Shown here one piece after another: positions 48,138 to 56,608 of a stretch of 64,000 bases of DNA. The notes under the pieces were generated by a model. It was not told the origin of the DNA. It was given only the letters and a program-made list of their open reading frames with translations, and searched no databases. How positions within the stretch are numbered: position 1 is the first letter of the stretch; each line of letters opens with the position of its first letter. The DNA is taken from IMG/VR virus record IMGVR_UViG_3300001580_001418, positions 1 through 64,000 of that record; one strand, written 5' to 3'. This DNA comes from a virus (Duplodnaviria > Caudoviricetes). Made by a program: the position numbers and the translations under genes.

Positions 48138-48646
48138 GCTTTCCTGATAACAATCTCGAAACTGTACTTATCCGCATGGGCACTCTCATAAATAATCGAA
48201 TAGGAAACGCCCAAGGACGAAAGCACTCGCTTTACATAATCCAGGCTGAAATTTGAAACCTTGTGCGCCTCGTTATAACCTTGCCCCGTCAATTTACAGT
48301 GATCTCTATACTTCTGTTCTTCAGGACAATACAGGATCAAGGACCCACTCTGTTTGATGACCCTCAGCCATTCCCTCAATACCGGACCAGTCTCTCCTTC
48401 CGGGAAATCTTCAAGCAGATGGGACGAATAAACATAGTCCAGCACCCCATCTTTGAACCAATATAAATTCCTGGCATCTCCGTGGAGATTCTGGGGACTA
48501 CTCCCAACCTCAGCATAAGGAATATCCAGGTCTACAGTAATTGCACTTGGGACAATCGGGTCTCCTCCAAACCCTATGTCCAACCCGTCTCCAAGACAAA
48601 ACTTTTTAAGCCTCTCCCTGCAAATACTCGACTCGGATGGATACAC
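48134..48646 (-). CDS. Class I SAM methyltransferase
   Basis: GLDIGFGG...LDYVYSSHLLED...EWLRVIK. Confidence 0.85.
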   Translation of the reverse strand: MYPSESSICRERLKKFCLGDGLDIGFGGDPIVPSAITVDLDIPYAEVGSSPQNLHGDARNLYWFKDGVLDYVYSSHLLEDFPEGETGPVLREWLRVIKQSGSLILYCPEEQKYRDHCKLTGQGYNEAHKVSNFSLDYVKRVLSSLGVSYSIIYESAHADKYSFEIVIRKA

Positions 48647-48659
48647 TGTTCACCCCTTC

Positions 48660-49697
48660 TTACATAAACGCAAACCTTTTGATTCCAATCTTTATTTCAT
48701 CGATAATTTTATCGGTATCCGATTTCCTCAAACAGTCCACCGTACCTTTACACCGGGTCTGTCGTCCGAAGCAAGACTCACAGCCAACCATCTCTGCCAG
48801 GTCGATCGAGTGATAATTTCTATGGTGAGCCATCTTCTCTTTGGCCCTCGTATGTCCAAACATGGCAATAATCGGAGTCTTCGTGCAGTGGGCAATCCAT
48901 AAGGCACCACTATCCATCGTTATGGCAACGTCAGCACCATCTATAAGTGCAGCAGCCTCATGGAAGGTCGTCTGTCCGGCAAGATTGCAAATACCTTTTA
49001 CTTTAATGTCTTGCTTGAAATTGTGGACCATAATCACCGAACAAACCTTCGATAGTTCGTCGGCTATCCTTATTACCTTCTCGAAAGGAAAGCTATTAAA
49101 CCACATCGCTCCAGATAACTGCATAACAGCGACAGGCCTTCCATTTTCCCTACGCGTCTCAACGATCGTTTTCGCCCAGTTTTTTTCGACATCACTGTAC
49201 GGGAGCGAGAAGATTGGTTCCTTCGGAACAGGCCAACCGACAAAATCGCAGTTAATATCCAGTCTGTGTTTATAGCTATAAGCGTTCCCAGCATGGTCCT
49301 TTTCAACAACTCCATCCAGGTAATATCCGACATCATAACGCTGAAACTGGACGCTATTTTTCCCGATCGATTTAACCAAATCCCAATACTTAAAAAGGCT
49401 TAAAAACCCATCAGCGGTAGCAAACACCACCTTGCTCTCCGGATAGGCTTCCTTCAACGAATTGATAAGGGGAGTTAAAACGAGGATGTCACCGAGCGCG
49501 TAGGTTCTCCACAGGCAAATACTGGCATCTGGATTCCGCCGCATGAATTCGTCAAGGCGTACCCCATCGGAAAGGCTCGGCAGATGAATGGATGCCACCG
49601 CCTCATCGTCAAAGCAAAAACGTGGAAACACGGTTACCGGCTCCATGCTTGGGAACCGATAAAATACTTCTACTACTTTCGACGTATTGAATCTCAT
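48660..49697 (-). CDS. Glycosyltransferase family 9 (heptosyltransferase-like)
   Basis: ALGDILVLTP; NLAGQT; DSGALWIA; PIIAMFG. Confidence 0.85.
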   Translation of the reverse strand: MRFNTSKVVEVFYRFPSMEPVTVFPRFCFDDEAVASIHLPSLSDGVRLDEFMRRNPDASICLWRTYALGDILVLTPLINSLKEAYPESKVVFATADGFLSLFKYWDLVKSIGKNSVQFQRYDVGYYLDGVVEKDHAGNAYSYKHRLDINCDFVGWPVPKEPIFSLPYSDVEKNWAKTIVETRRENGRPVAVMQLSGAMWFNSFPFEKVIRIADELSKVCSVIMVHNFKQDIKVKGICNLAGQTTFHEAAALIDGADVAITMDSGALWIAHCTKTPIIAMFGHTRAKEKMAHHRNYHSIDLAEMVGCESCFGRQTRCKGTVDCLRKSDTDKIIDEIKIGIKRFAFM

Positions 49698-49714
49698 CGT
49701 TACCTCCGCACTCA

Positions 49715-49768
49715 AAATAAGGAAGCAGGGCGAGCTGCAATCTAATTGCAACCTACAGCCCACCCTGC
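49715..49768 (-). terminator. Hairpin terminator after the major capsid gene
   Basis: GCAGGG...CCCTGC stem then TTCCTTATTTT. Confidence 0.5.
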
Positions 49769-49782
49769 TCGGGGGGATTATC

Positions 49783-50904
49783 TTACGATGAGCTCAATGT
49801 CACTGTTGCAAAGCAGTCGCCTTGCACACACTTTTTTGCGTACCGGCTCATCATGCCCCTGACAGGCTGCATGGTATTCGGGTCGATCAGGAGCGGAGTC
49901 GTGTACAGCGGTATATACGGAGCATAGACATACCCCGTGTCAAGCCAGGATCCTCCCTTGAACCCAAGGAGCATCTTGTTGGTCTGATACCAAGGGTGCT
50001 TATAAACGACGAACCTATTCTTCAGGACGCCGAATCTGTGGATGCCTACATTGAAAAGCGCATCATCGACCGTCTCTTCGAGTTTGAAGCCCTCGAGCTT
50101 TTCAAGACGGGTGCAGGTGTCCGAATCAGACACGATCCATGTGGCGTTCCGATACCTCTTTTTGAAAATGAGGTTATTCGCATCGATGATCGCATCATAC
50201 AGGGTCGCCTTATAGATCTTCGGATCGATGTTGATCCACGGAGCAATAGCGGGCATATTGATGTTCCAGTTCACGTTCCCAGCGCTCGCATTCAAGGTCA
50301 TGTCGTCGATGATGATCATATCGACTTCTCTGATGATTTCATCGCCAGTCACTGCCATCAGCTCGCTCTCGGCATCGAGTCCATGATAAGCTCGGAGATC
50401 CTGCTGGGCCTCAATCGTCCACTTTGCCTTCAGGGCCTTTTCTTCAGCGCTGATGTCAACGCTCGAAATGTGAAAATTAATTTCAGCAATATCGCCAGTC
50501 TCAGGCGTCCTGTCAGCGTAGTTCTTTGCAAGGGCACCTGCCTGATCAAGGCGATCGTCAACAGCGATGCTCCCCTTTGCAGTCCCATACCTGAAATCCA
50601 AGAAGAAAGCCTTTCCGGTCGGTTGGGACATCGGCTGCACAGAACAAAGATTCTGAGCGATCAACTTCGGGAAGATCCGCCGAACCAATGGAAATGCAAA
50701 CGTCGGGAACGCACCAACATTGGTGATCTGCGAAGTCTCCTGCAAATAATTCAGATACCATTCCATGTTCTCCAAGAGAACCTCGGTCTGCAGACGTTTC
50801 TGCTTTCCAAGGGGAGACCCATCCTCAATGCCCTCGGTAAGATAAGCCCACTTCTTGGTCCTCTCAGCGTTTTCCTCGATCAAATACTTCATTTTGGGGT
50901 CCAT
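49783..50904 (-). CDS. Major capsid protein, T4 gp23-like
   Basis: PLVRRIFP...VQPMSQPTG..F; LKAKWTIEAQQDL; YAPYIPL; RGMMSRYA. Confidence 0.9.
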   Translation of the reverse strand: MDPKMKYLIEENAERTKKWAYLTEGIEDGSPLGKQKRLQTEVLLENMEWYLNYLQETSQITNVGAFPTFAFPLVRRIFPKLIAQNLCSVQPMSQPTGKAFFLDFRYGTAKGSIAVDDRLDQAGALAKNYADRTPETGDIAEINFHISSVDISAEEKALKAKWTIEAQQDLRAYHGLDAESELMAVTGDEIIREVDMIIIDDMTLNASAGNVNWNINMPAIAPWINIDPKIYKATLYDAIIDANNLIFKKRYRNATWIVSDSDTCTRLEKLEGFKLEETVDDALFNVGIHRFGVLKNRFVVYKHPWYQTNKMLLGFKGGSWLDTGYVYAPYIPLYTTPLLIDPNTMQPVRGMMSRYAKKCVQGDCFATVTLSSS

Positions 50905-50958
50905 ATTCGAAATTCCTCCTTTCAAGTGTGTTTTGTTTACGCATTTGCGTCCGTTCTG

Positions 50959-51008
50959 AAAAAACAAAAAGCCTGAGCAATCCCCCATTGGGGACTTTCC
51001 CAGGCTTC
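50959..51008 (-). terminator. Terminator-like hairpin between scaffold and capsid genes
   Basis: AAGCCTG..TCCCC..GGGGA..CAGGCTT followed by TTTGTTTTT. Confidence 0.55.
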
Positions 51009-51044
51009 TCACCGTCGTCTTCGCCTGTTAAACTTCCTTAAAGC

Positions 51045-52385
51045 TTATGCAGTGCCGGCAGCAGTCTTTTTCCGAGCGACATCTTCAGGAACACCAGCGA
51101 TCTGTCTCTCTCGGATTTTCTTCGCATCCATTTCGGCATCATGCTTATCCTCGTCCAGAACCTCACCCTTTCCCTTCGGCTTCTCTTTCTTGGGGTCCAA
51201 TTCCTCAACGAGTTTCTGGATCCGTCCCTCTTCTGCAACAACCTTCTTGTCTACTTCGTCAACGGTCTTGCAATCGGCAAGGGCTTCCACAAGAAGCTTC
51301 TCGTGCTTCTTGCCAGCAGTCACTTCCAGGATCCTCTTCTGAACCTTCTCCTTCTCAGTAACCGATTTCTTCTCGTTCTCCATCTGCTCTTTCAGGGCCT
51401 TGTTCTCGGTTTCAAGACCAGACACTTTCCCTTCGAGTTCGCCCATCCTCTCCGCTATTCCTTCTTCCTCATCACTCTCCAATGCCCCCTCGGGCATATA
51501 GGGCTTAATCAGTTTCCCGATTTCGACGAAGGTTCCCATCATCCCCTGAAATTCCTCAGAATTCTTCACTTCCTCGATCACCTCTTTCTTGACCTCTTCC
51601 TTCTTTGCCTCAACTTCCTTCAAAATCCTGGCATCGAAGTCTTTCTGCATCGTCTCGCGAATCTCCTTCTCCTTCTTCTCCACAGATTCCTTGACGAGCT
51701 GCTCACAAAGGTCAGGATAAGCCTTCCTCAACTCCTCAATGTTTTTAATTTCCATACTCGATGAACCTCCTTTCGTTTTTTGTGTTTCGCAGATTTCCTG
51801 CTTGCAGCCATCACATGGACCGCATTCTAAAATGTTTACCACTTCCACTTGCTCAGTAACTTGAGTGACCACGGCATCTTTCGTCGACTGCCCAATCACA
51901 AAATCAAACGTCTTGAGCGTCAAATCCTCTTGAACAATGTCCGCCATCTTCCCTTGCCAGTTGCCCTTTAGAACAGAACCAAAGGCTCTACTCGAAAGTC
52001 CAATCCTGCCACCAGCTCGAATAATCTCCTGCAAATTTTTTCCGCCAGGCTCAGTATTTAAAACGGTCGCCTCTCCAAAATAAACCTTTCTCCCCTCAAG
52101 GACCTGCTTCTCAATCCCGGTCAGCATGGCAGCGGTATTCTTGATCGTTGATTTCCCATCTCCTGGATGATCAGCTTCACCATAAACGCTATTCTCCGCC
52201 ATCATAGGTTTCAGCTTCTCTATTTCGCGGTCAAGAATATGCTCACGATACACACGACCGTTACCATTTATTTCGTCTGCAACCGTAAAAATTCCTTTCA
52301 CTCGCATCCTGCCACCATTCTTTGCAGAAGCCTCTTCGAGAATGGTAAAGGCAACCGGCATCGTCTCGATCAATAGTTCTTTCAC
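51045..52385 (-). CDS. Prohead protease (T4 gp21-like) fused to scaffold
   Basis: NGNGRVY, GEADHP, GLSSRAFGS, FDFV; acidic coiled-coil C-terminus. Confidence 0.88.
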   Translation of the reverse strand: MKELLIETMPVAFTILEEASAKNGGRMRVKGIFTVADEINGNGRVYREHILDREIEKLKPMMAENSVYGEADHPGDGKSTIKNTAAMLTGIEKQVLEGRKVYFGEATVLNTEPGGKNLQEIIRAGGRIGLSSRAFGSVLKGNWQGKMADIVQEDLTLKTFDFVIGQSTKDAVVTQVTEQVEVVNILECGPCDGCKQEICETQKTKGGSSSMEIKNIEELRKAYPDLCEQLVKESVEKKEKEIRETMQKDFDARILKEVEAKKEEVKKEVIEEVKNSEEFQGMMGTFVEIGKLIKPYMPEGALESDEEEGIAERMGELEGKVSGLETENKALKEQMENEKKSVTEKEKVQKRILEVTAGKKHEKLLVEALADCKTVDEVDKKVVAEEGRIQKLVEELDPKKEKPKGKGEVLDEDKHDAEMDAKKIRERQIAGVPEDVARKKTAAGTA

Positions 52386-52430
52386 CCTCTCACCTCCTTT
52401 CTGTAAGCGTAACCACAAGACAAAACACTT

Positions 52431-52916
52431 TTAAAAAGCCAGCCCAATCGCTATACCAGCAATCACTGTGATTACCAGGCCAACCTTTTCCCAAAACACC
52501 TTTTTGTCCAACTGCTTCCGAAGCTTCTCATTCTGTTCGGAATATCGATCAGCCAACTTCTCCTCTGCCCTTGCCATCTCTTGGTAAAACTCCGCCCGCT
52601 CAACCTGGATCTTCCGTCTCTCCTCGCTAATCTCCAGAAGCGAATCCTTCATCTTTAGCTGTTCCTTGAGATTCGTTACCTCTTCTCTTAGATCGGCGTT
52701 CTCTTTTCGCAATAACGGAGCCTCTTTCCATGTTTGAAAGACCTCACCAGAGTCGCGCTGATCAGTCCAAACCCCATACTCAACGGGGCTTGGGCTTGGG
52801 GCAGACAGTGGCTGACTTGATGCCACTCTTGCGAAACTCAGTAACAATGCCATCAACAGAATCGGGAATAGTAATAGCTTCCCTCTCCTTCTTGTATTGG
52901 GCAATCCTCGTTTCAA
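52431..52916 (-). CDS. Spanin-like coiled-coil membrane protein
   Basis: Signal-like N-terminus, coiled coil, C-terminal TM; overlaps the upstream gene. Confidence 0.45.
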   Translation of the reverse strand: MKRGLPNTRRRGKLLLFPILLMALLLSFARVASSQPLSAPSPSPVEYGVWTDQRDSGEVFQTWKEAPLLRKENADLREEVTNLKEQLKMKDSLLEISEERRKIQVERAEFYQEMARAEEKLADRYSEQNEKLRKQLDKKVFWEKVGLVITVIAGIAIGLAF

Positions 52917-53178
52917 GGATACTGACCTCCTTCTGTTTCTTTTTTAGCCTATCGTTCAGGCTATTGATTTGATCCTCATAATCTTTCTCTTTGGTTTGCC
53001 ATATCGTCTCAAGCGAATCACGTTCACCCATTAATTGCTGAACGGTTGCCTTAGCCTCTTCCAGCTTTTTGTCAAGCTCTCTCGCGGACGCCCCACGACT
53101 CCAGACGTAATACCCGCCACCAACCAAAGTGCATACTATCACCACACCAATTATTACTTTCCACTTAAGAGGTATCAC
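52780..53178 (-). CDS. i-spanin-like protein
   Basis: N-terminal TM plus coiled coil, after the endolysin. Confidence 0.55.
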   Translation of the reverse strand: MIPLKWKVIIGVVIVCTLVGGGYYVWSRGASARELDKKLEEAKATVQQLMGERDSLETIWQTKEKDYEDQINSLNDRLKKKQKEVSILETRIAQYKKEREAITIPDSVDGIVTEFRKSGIKSATVCPKPKPR

Positions 53179-53306
53179 TGTCCCTCCGTTTTCTTGTGGG
53201 CAATCTTATCCCACAGCTTTCCAAATAAAACCTTGAGCTGCTCTTTGTATTTATGCGCATATGCACCAGCAGCAAACGAAACCACAATGATCACAATCGT
53301 CCTCAT
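53175..53306 (-). CDS. 43-aa single-TM peptide (not in ORF track)
   Basis: MRTIVIIVVSFAAGAYAHK...; overlaps both neighbours by 4 nt. Confidence 0.5.
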   Translation of the reverse strand: MRTIVIIVVSFAAGAYAHKYKEQLKVLFGKLWDKIAHKKTEGQ

Positions 53307-53953
53307 ACGAATCCTCCTCCCTTGTAAAGCGGGACCCATCGATCAAGAATTTTTTCCACGTAATCCCTATTCTCTTCGATCGCCCACGAAGCCCTTTTTG
53401 AAAAATGTTCGACATTGCAGATCCAACGTCCCCCGTCCTTTCCGTTTAAAACGGCCAGATCTTTATCCTTCAGAACCCAACCATATCCACCGTTATAACC
53501 TGACAGCGAAAATCTCCAGCGATTATCGTCATCACGAGCAAACGAACAGCGATCGTGGAGCCACTTATCGTATTTGACCAGTGCCCGGATGGCCCACCTC
53601 ACATCAAGCGGATTGTTATCCCCAAGGTCTGCCGGATATAATCGTGAAATCCAATCCGCCGTATCAGGCGTAAATTGAGCCAAACCTGATGCATAAACGC
53701 TCTTGGCATCTGGATTCCAACTGCTCTCCTGATGAATCTGCGCATAGAAAACTGTTCCATCTTGATCCAACCCCCAATGATAGTTAACTTCAGCTCGTAC
53801 CGTTCGCTTCAGGCGATACGCCAATGCCGGAATTCTCGGATCTCGAATTTCAATTGCTGGCTCAACCTTCGGAGTCGCCACTTCCGGCGTCTCAATGGCA
53901 GGCTTACTACACCCCCAATAAAACACCAAGAATAACAGCGGCCATAACCGCAC
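53303..53953 (-). CDS. Endolysin, SLT lytic transglycosylase
   Basis: AQIHQESSWNPDAKS, GLAQF, YNGG, ENRDYV; start uncertain. Confidence 0.85.
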   Translation of the reverse strand: MRLWPLLFLVFYWGCSKPAIETPEVATPKVEPAIEIRDPRIPALAYRLKRTVRAEVNYHWGLDQDGTVFYAQIHQESSWNPDAKSVYASGLAQFTPDTADWISRLYPADLGDNNPLDVRWAIRALVKYDKWLHDRCSFARDDDNRWRFSLSGYNGGYGWVLKDKDLAVLNGKDGGRWICNVEHFSKRASWAIEENRDYVEKILDRWVPLYKGGGFV

Positions 53954-54230
53954 CCCGAAGGATGCACGCACCAATAAACTTTTGAGCATCAGGCACCTCA
54001 TTCTTCTTATCCTCCGCAAGCAGAGCCGAGAGACTCATGTACGGGTACAGGGCCTTCACAACGATATGCCCAATCACTGCTCCAGCGATCCCCAGCATCA
54101 ACTTATACAATGCAAGTCTGGCCGTACTCTGCGGTGCAGCGACAAACTGGAAAAGCAGGTAGAGCACCACCGTCAGAACGATCAACCACTTCACAGTCAA
54201 AAAAGCCCTGACAATCGCATACTTCTTCAC
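53907..54230 (-). CDS. Holin (3 TM)
   Basis: LYKLML...LYPY...RGAVMAAVILG; directly upstream of the endolysin. Confidence 0.75.
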   Translation of the reverse strand: MKKYAIVRAFLTVKWLIVLTVVLYLLFQFVAAPQSTARLALYKLMLGIAGAVIGHIVVKALYPYMSLSALLAEDKKNEVPDAQKFIGACILRGAVMAAVILGVLLGV

Positions 54231-54355
54231 TCGCCACCACCCCCCATCTCCATATCGTAGGATTCTTTACAATCGGCTTTTATTGACTTCTTCTCGCTGT
54301 CGGTAAATTCCTCAGAATCGTCAACCATTTTGAGAATGTCATCTAAAATGCTCAT
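54227..54355 (-). CDS. 42-aa acidic peptide (not in ORF track)
   Basis: MSILDDILKMVDDSEEF...; GGAGGT RBS. Confidence 0.45.
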   Translation of the reverse strand: MSILDDILKMVDDSEEFTDSEKKSIKADCKESYDMEMGGGGE

Positions 54356-54358
54356 CTC

Positions 54359-55081
54359 TTACCTCCCCACTGGTCTTGCGGCAGTCTTAACCGCCGTGAG
54401 ACCGGCACCAACGACCTGCGAACCCGCACCTTTTGCGGAACCCACGGCCTTACTTCCGCTTGCCTTTATTTGGCTGAACACCGCATTCGCCCTCGCTTGC
54501 AAACTGATTGCAACGTGCATGGCAGCTCGAGATTCTTTCCCGGTAGAACCCTTCGCCTTGTTAACAGCAGCCCTTCTCATTCCTTCAAGGGCACCGATCT
54601 TCTTGTTGGCTGAGAGTCCATTTGCGTCCAGCTTTCCCTGCTGAGCCTTCGGTATGTACGACTCGTTATACTTCTGGATACCATGTTTCAAGACTTGCGT
54701 CTTATTGGCACCGCTCAGCTTACTATAATTTGCCGTGTCCAGCTTTCCTCGAGCATTATAGAATTCCCTTGCGTGAATCTTTTCGCCACCAACAGTGACC
54801 TTGTGGGCAGAGATGCCGGAACCACCGACACGTTCTTTACGAAACTTTTCCCAAAACTTTTTTTCGTTCGAAGTCATCGCACGAGCCTTGGGAAGCTCGC
54901 CCCAACCTTTTCCTGTTGTCTTACCACTTTTGGCAGCACCACTCTTTCTACCACCGCCCAGCGAACCGCCCCTCATCCCCGGTCTTCCCTTGTGGCCCCA
55001 ATTCCCACTTCCGGCGCCGCCTTCAAAGAGCCTCACCTTAACCTCAGAGACAATGCTCTTTACAAATTCCTGGTTGATCAT
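54359..55081 (-). CDS. Basic protein carrying the GG.GSGN tag
   Basis: RLFEGGAGSGNWGHKGRPGMRGGS. Confidence 0.7.
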   Translation of the reverse strand: MINQEFVKSIVSEVKVRLFEGGAGSGNWGHKGRPGMRGGSLGGGRKSGAAKSGKTTGKGWGELPKARAMTSNEKKFWEKFRKERVGGSGISAHKVTVGGEKIHAREFYNARGKLDTANYSKLSGANKTQVLKHGIQKYNESYIPKAQQGKLDANGLSANKKIGALEGMRRAAVNKAKGSTGKESRAAMHVAISLQARANAVFSQIKASGSKAVGSAKGAGSQVVGAGLTAVKTAARPVGR

Positions 55082-55095
55082 CTCTTATCTCCTTT

Positions 55096-55773
55096 TCAGT
55101 CAAAGAACAGCCGGCCCTTAATATCTTCAGCCCACTCTTTCGCAAGGAATTTGACTTGCTTCTCGAGCTCCCTACCCGTCGAAAGCCTTACTTCGTCGCC
55201 TACGACCGAATACGGAACCTCAAAATACTTCCCGTCGTCAGTCGAGACAAAAATCTTTTTTGGAAATGTGGACACAATATCAGGATACTTCCCATAAAGC
55301 TGGCTATCCTTCAGGGCAGCATAAAGCTTGTCACGCAGATCCTCAAAGCTTCCCTTTATCCCACGAAGGCCATTACCTCCGACCGCAACAACTTCACCTT
55401 TTTGCTCTCCTATACCCATCTTTCTCCTCCTTTTCGACATCACTGACCCCCAACATTTTTCAGTCACTCTTGGGGCAATATTGGCAATCATCGAAGTCTC
55501 CTTCACCTCTTTTTTTTCAGCCTTCCCGGGCTTAAACAGAATCGGCTTAATCTTATGCTTCTTGAGCCATGCCTTCGCCTGATCAACCGTGAACTTGTCC
55601 ATCTCGAAACGATACGTCTGCGCAGTCATCGGACCATTGGGTCCATCTTTCTTCAACTTTCCGGTAATCAGATTAATCCCTGGCTTAATCTCGATCGTGG
55701 CCCACATGTCTTTGCCATCAAGAAACTCACCTGGATCCTTCACCCTGCCACTATGCCAATTTGCCAGAGGCAT
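55096..55773 (-). CDS. Head-associated protein
   Basis: HSGRVKDP...QTYRF..KFT..QAKAWL and YFEVPYSV.GDEV modules resemble those appended to phage maturation proteases. Confidence 0.5.
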   Translation of the reverse strand: MPLANWHSGRVKDPGEFLDGKDMWATIEIKPGINLITGKLKKDGPNGPMTAQTYRFEMDKFTVDQAKAWLKKHKIKPILFKPGKAEKKEVKETSMIANIAPRVTEKCWGSVMSKRRRKMGIGEQKGEVVAVGGNGLRGIKGSFEDLRDKLYAALKDSQLYGKYPDIVSTFPKKIFVSTDDGKYFEVPYSVVGDEVRLSTGRELEKQVKFLAKEWAEDIKGRLFFD

Positions 55774-55981
55774 TTTCCTCACCCCCAAAATTGAACATTG
55801 CCTTCACCTCTAAGGGTTCGCACCACAACTCGAACTTCATCCTGCCAATAATCCCGTCATAAAGAGGCAACGTAATGTTTCCTTGCGCTCCACCTTCTGC
55901 AAGCTTTCGAATCGCAGCCAACGTCTCATCCAGAATCTGTTTCTTCTCTTCGGGTGTTTTATGCTCTTTCCTGAAGCCCAT
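55751..55981 (-). CDS. Small hypothetical protein
   Basis: GGAGG RBS. Confidence 0.55.
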   Translation of the reverse strand: MGFRKEHKTPEEKKQILDETLAAIRKLAEGGAQGNITLPLYDGIIGRMKFELWCEPLEVKAMFNFGGEENASGKLA

Positions 55982-55995
55982 TTTAGCCCTCCACC

Positions 55996-56328
55996 TTACC
56001 GATAAATTTTGCTAACAAGCTTTCGTCCCACAAAAATATTAACCAACCTCTTCAATATCTTTATTGGATTACCGGACGCAGCAACCTCAACATTTCGCAT
56101 AGTCCGCGCAGCTCTCCAGAGCTTTCCGCTAAGCTTTGGAATCCGGATGCTTCCCCTCTCCCCTTTAAGAATTGCCCGGGCTATCGATCTACCCTTAGTC
56201 GGCAGGCTGCCTCCTCTTCTCCCCGGTCTTCCCTTGTGGCCCCAATTCCCACTTCCGGCGCCGCCTTCGAAAAGGTCTGCTAAAACACCAGAAGAAATAT
56301 CTTTCACAATTGCGTAATTTTCAGACAT
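55996..56328 (-). CDS. Small basic protein carrying the GG.GSGN tag
   Basis: DLFEGGAGSGNWGHKGRPGRRGGS. Confidence 0.7.
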   Translation of the reverse strand: MSENYAIVKDISSGVLADLFEGGAGSGNWGHKGRPGRRGGSLPTKGRSIARAILKGERGSIRIPKLSGKLWRAARTMRNVEVAASGNPIKILKRLVNIFVGRKLVSKIYR

Positions 56329-56338
56329 AAAAATACCT

Positions 56339-56608
56339 CTACACGATCATCACGTCAGACGCGCGGAGATAAGGATTGTCATAGCGAAACTTCAGCATCG
56401 ATAAGAACTTCTCCCCATCCTTCGGGTAAAACTTCTTCACCTTTGGTTTCGTATAATCCTTAATGCCGTATTCAGTCAGTTCGTCAAGGATCTGCTTCGG
56501 CGTTTCACCAACCGCAATCATTTTCTTACCATTCCAAACAATCGACCCTACTGCTGTGTCCCTGTCACTCTTAAAGTCGTACCCGTAGAAAACAACCTTT
56601 GCAGCCAT
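56339..56608 (-). CDS. Small protein downstream of the kinase (candidate immunity)
   Basis: GGAGG RBS; overlaps the kinase 3' end. Confidence 0.55.
   Translation of the reverse strand: MAAKVVFYGYDFKSDRDTAVGSIVWNGKKMIAVGETPKQILDELTEYGIKDYTKPKVKKFYPKDGEKFLSMLKFRYDNPYLRASDVMIV

Noticed and set aside
49822-50976. 384-aa plus-strand ORF
   Set aside because: Antisense shadow of the major capsid gene with no recognisable motifs
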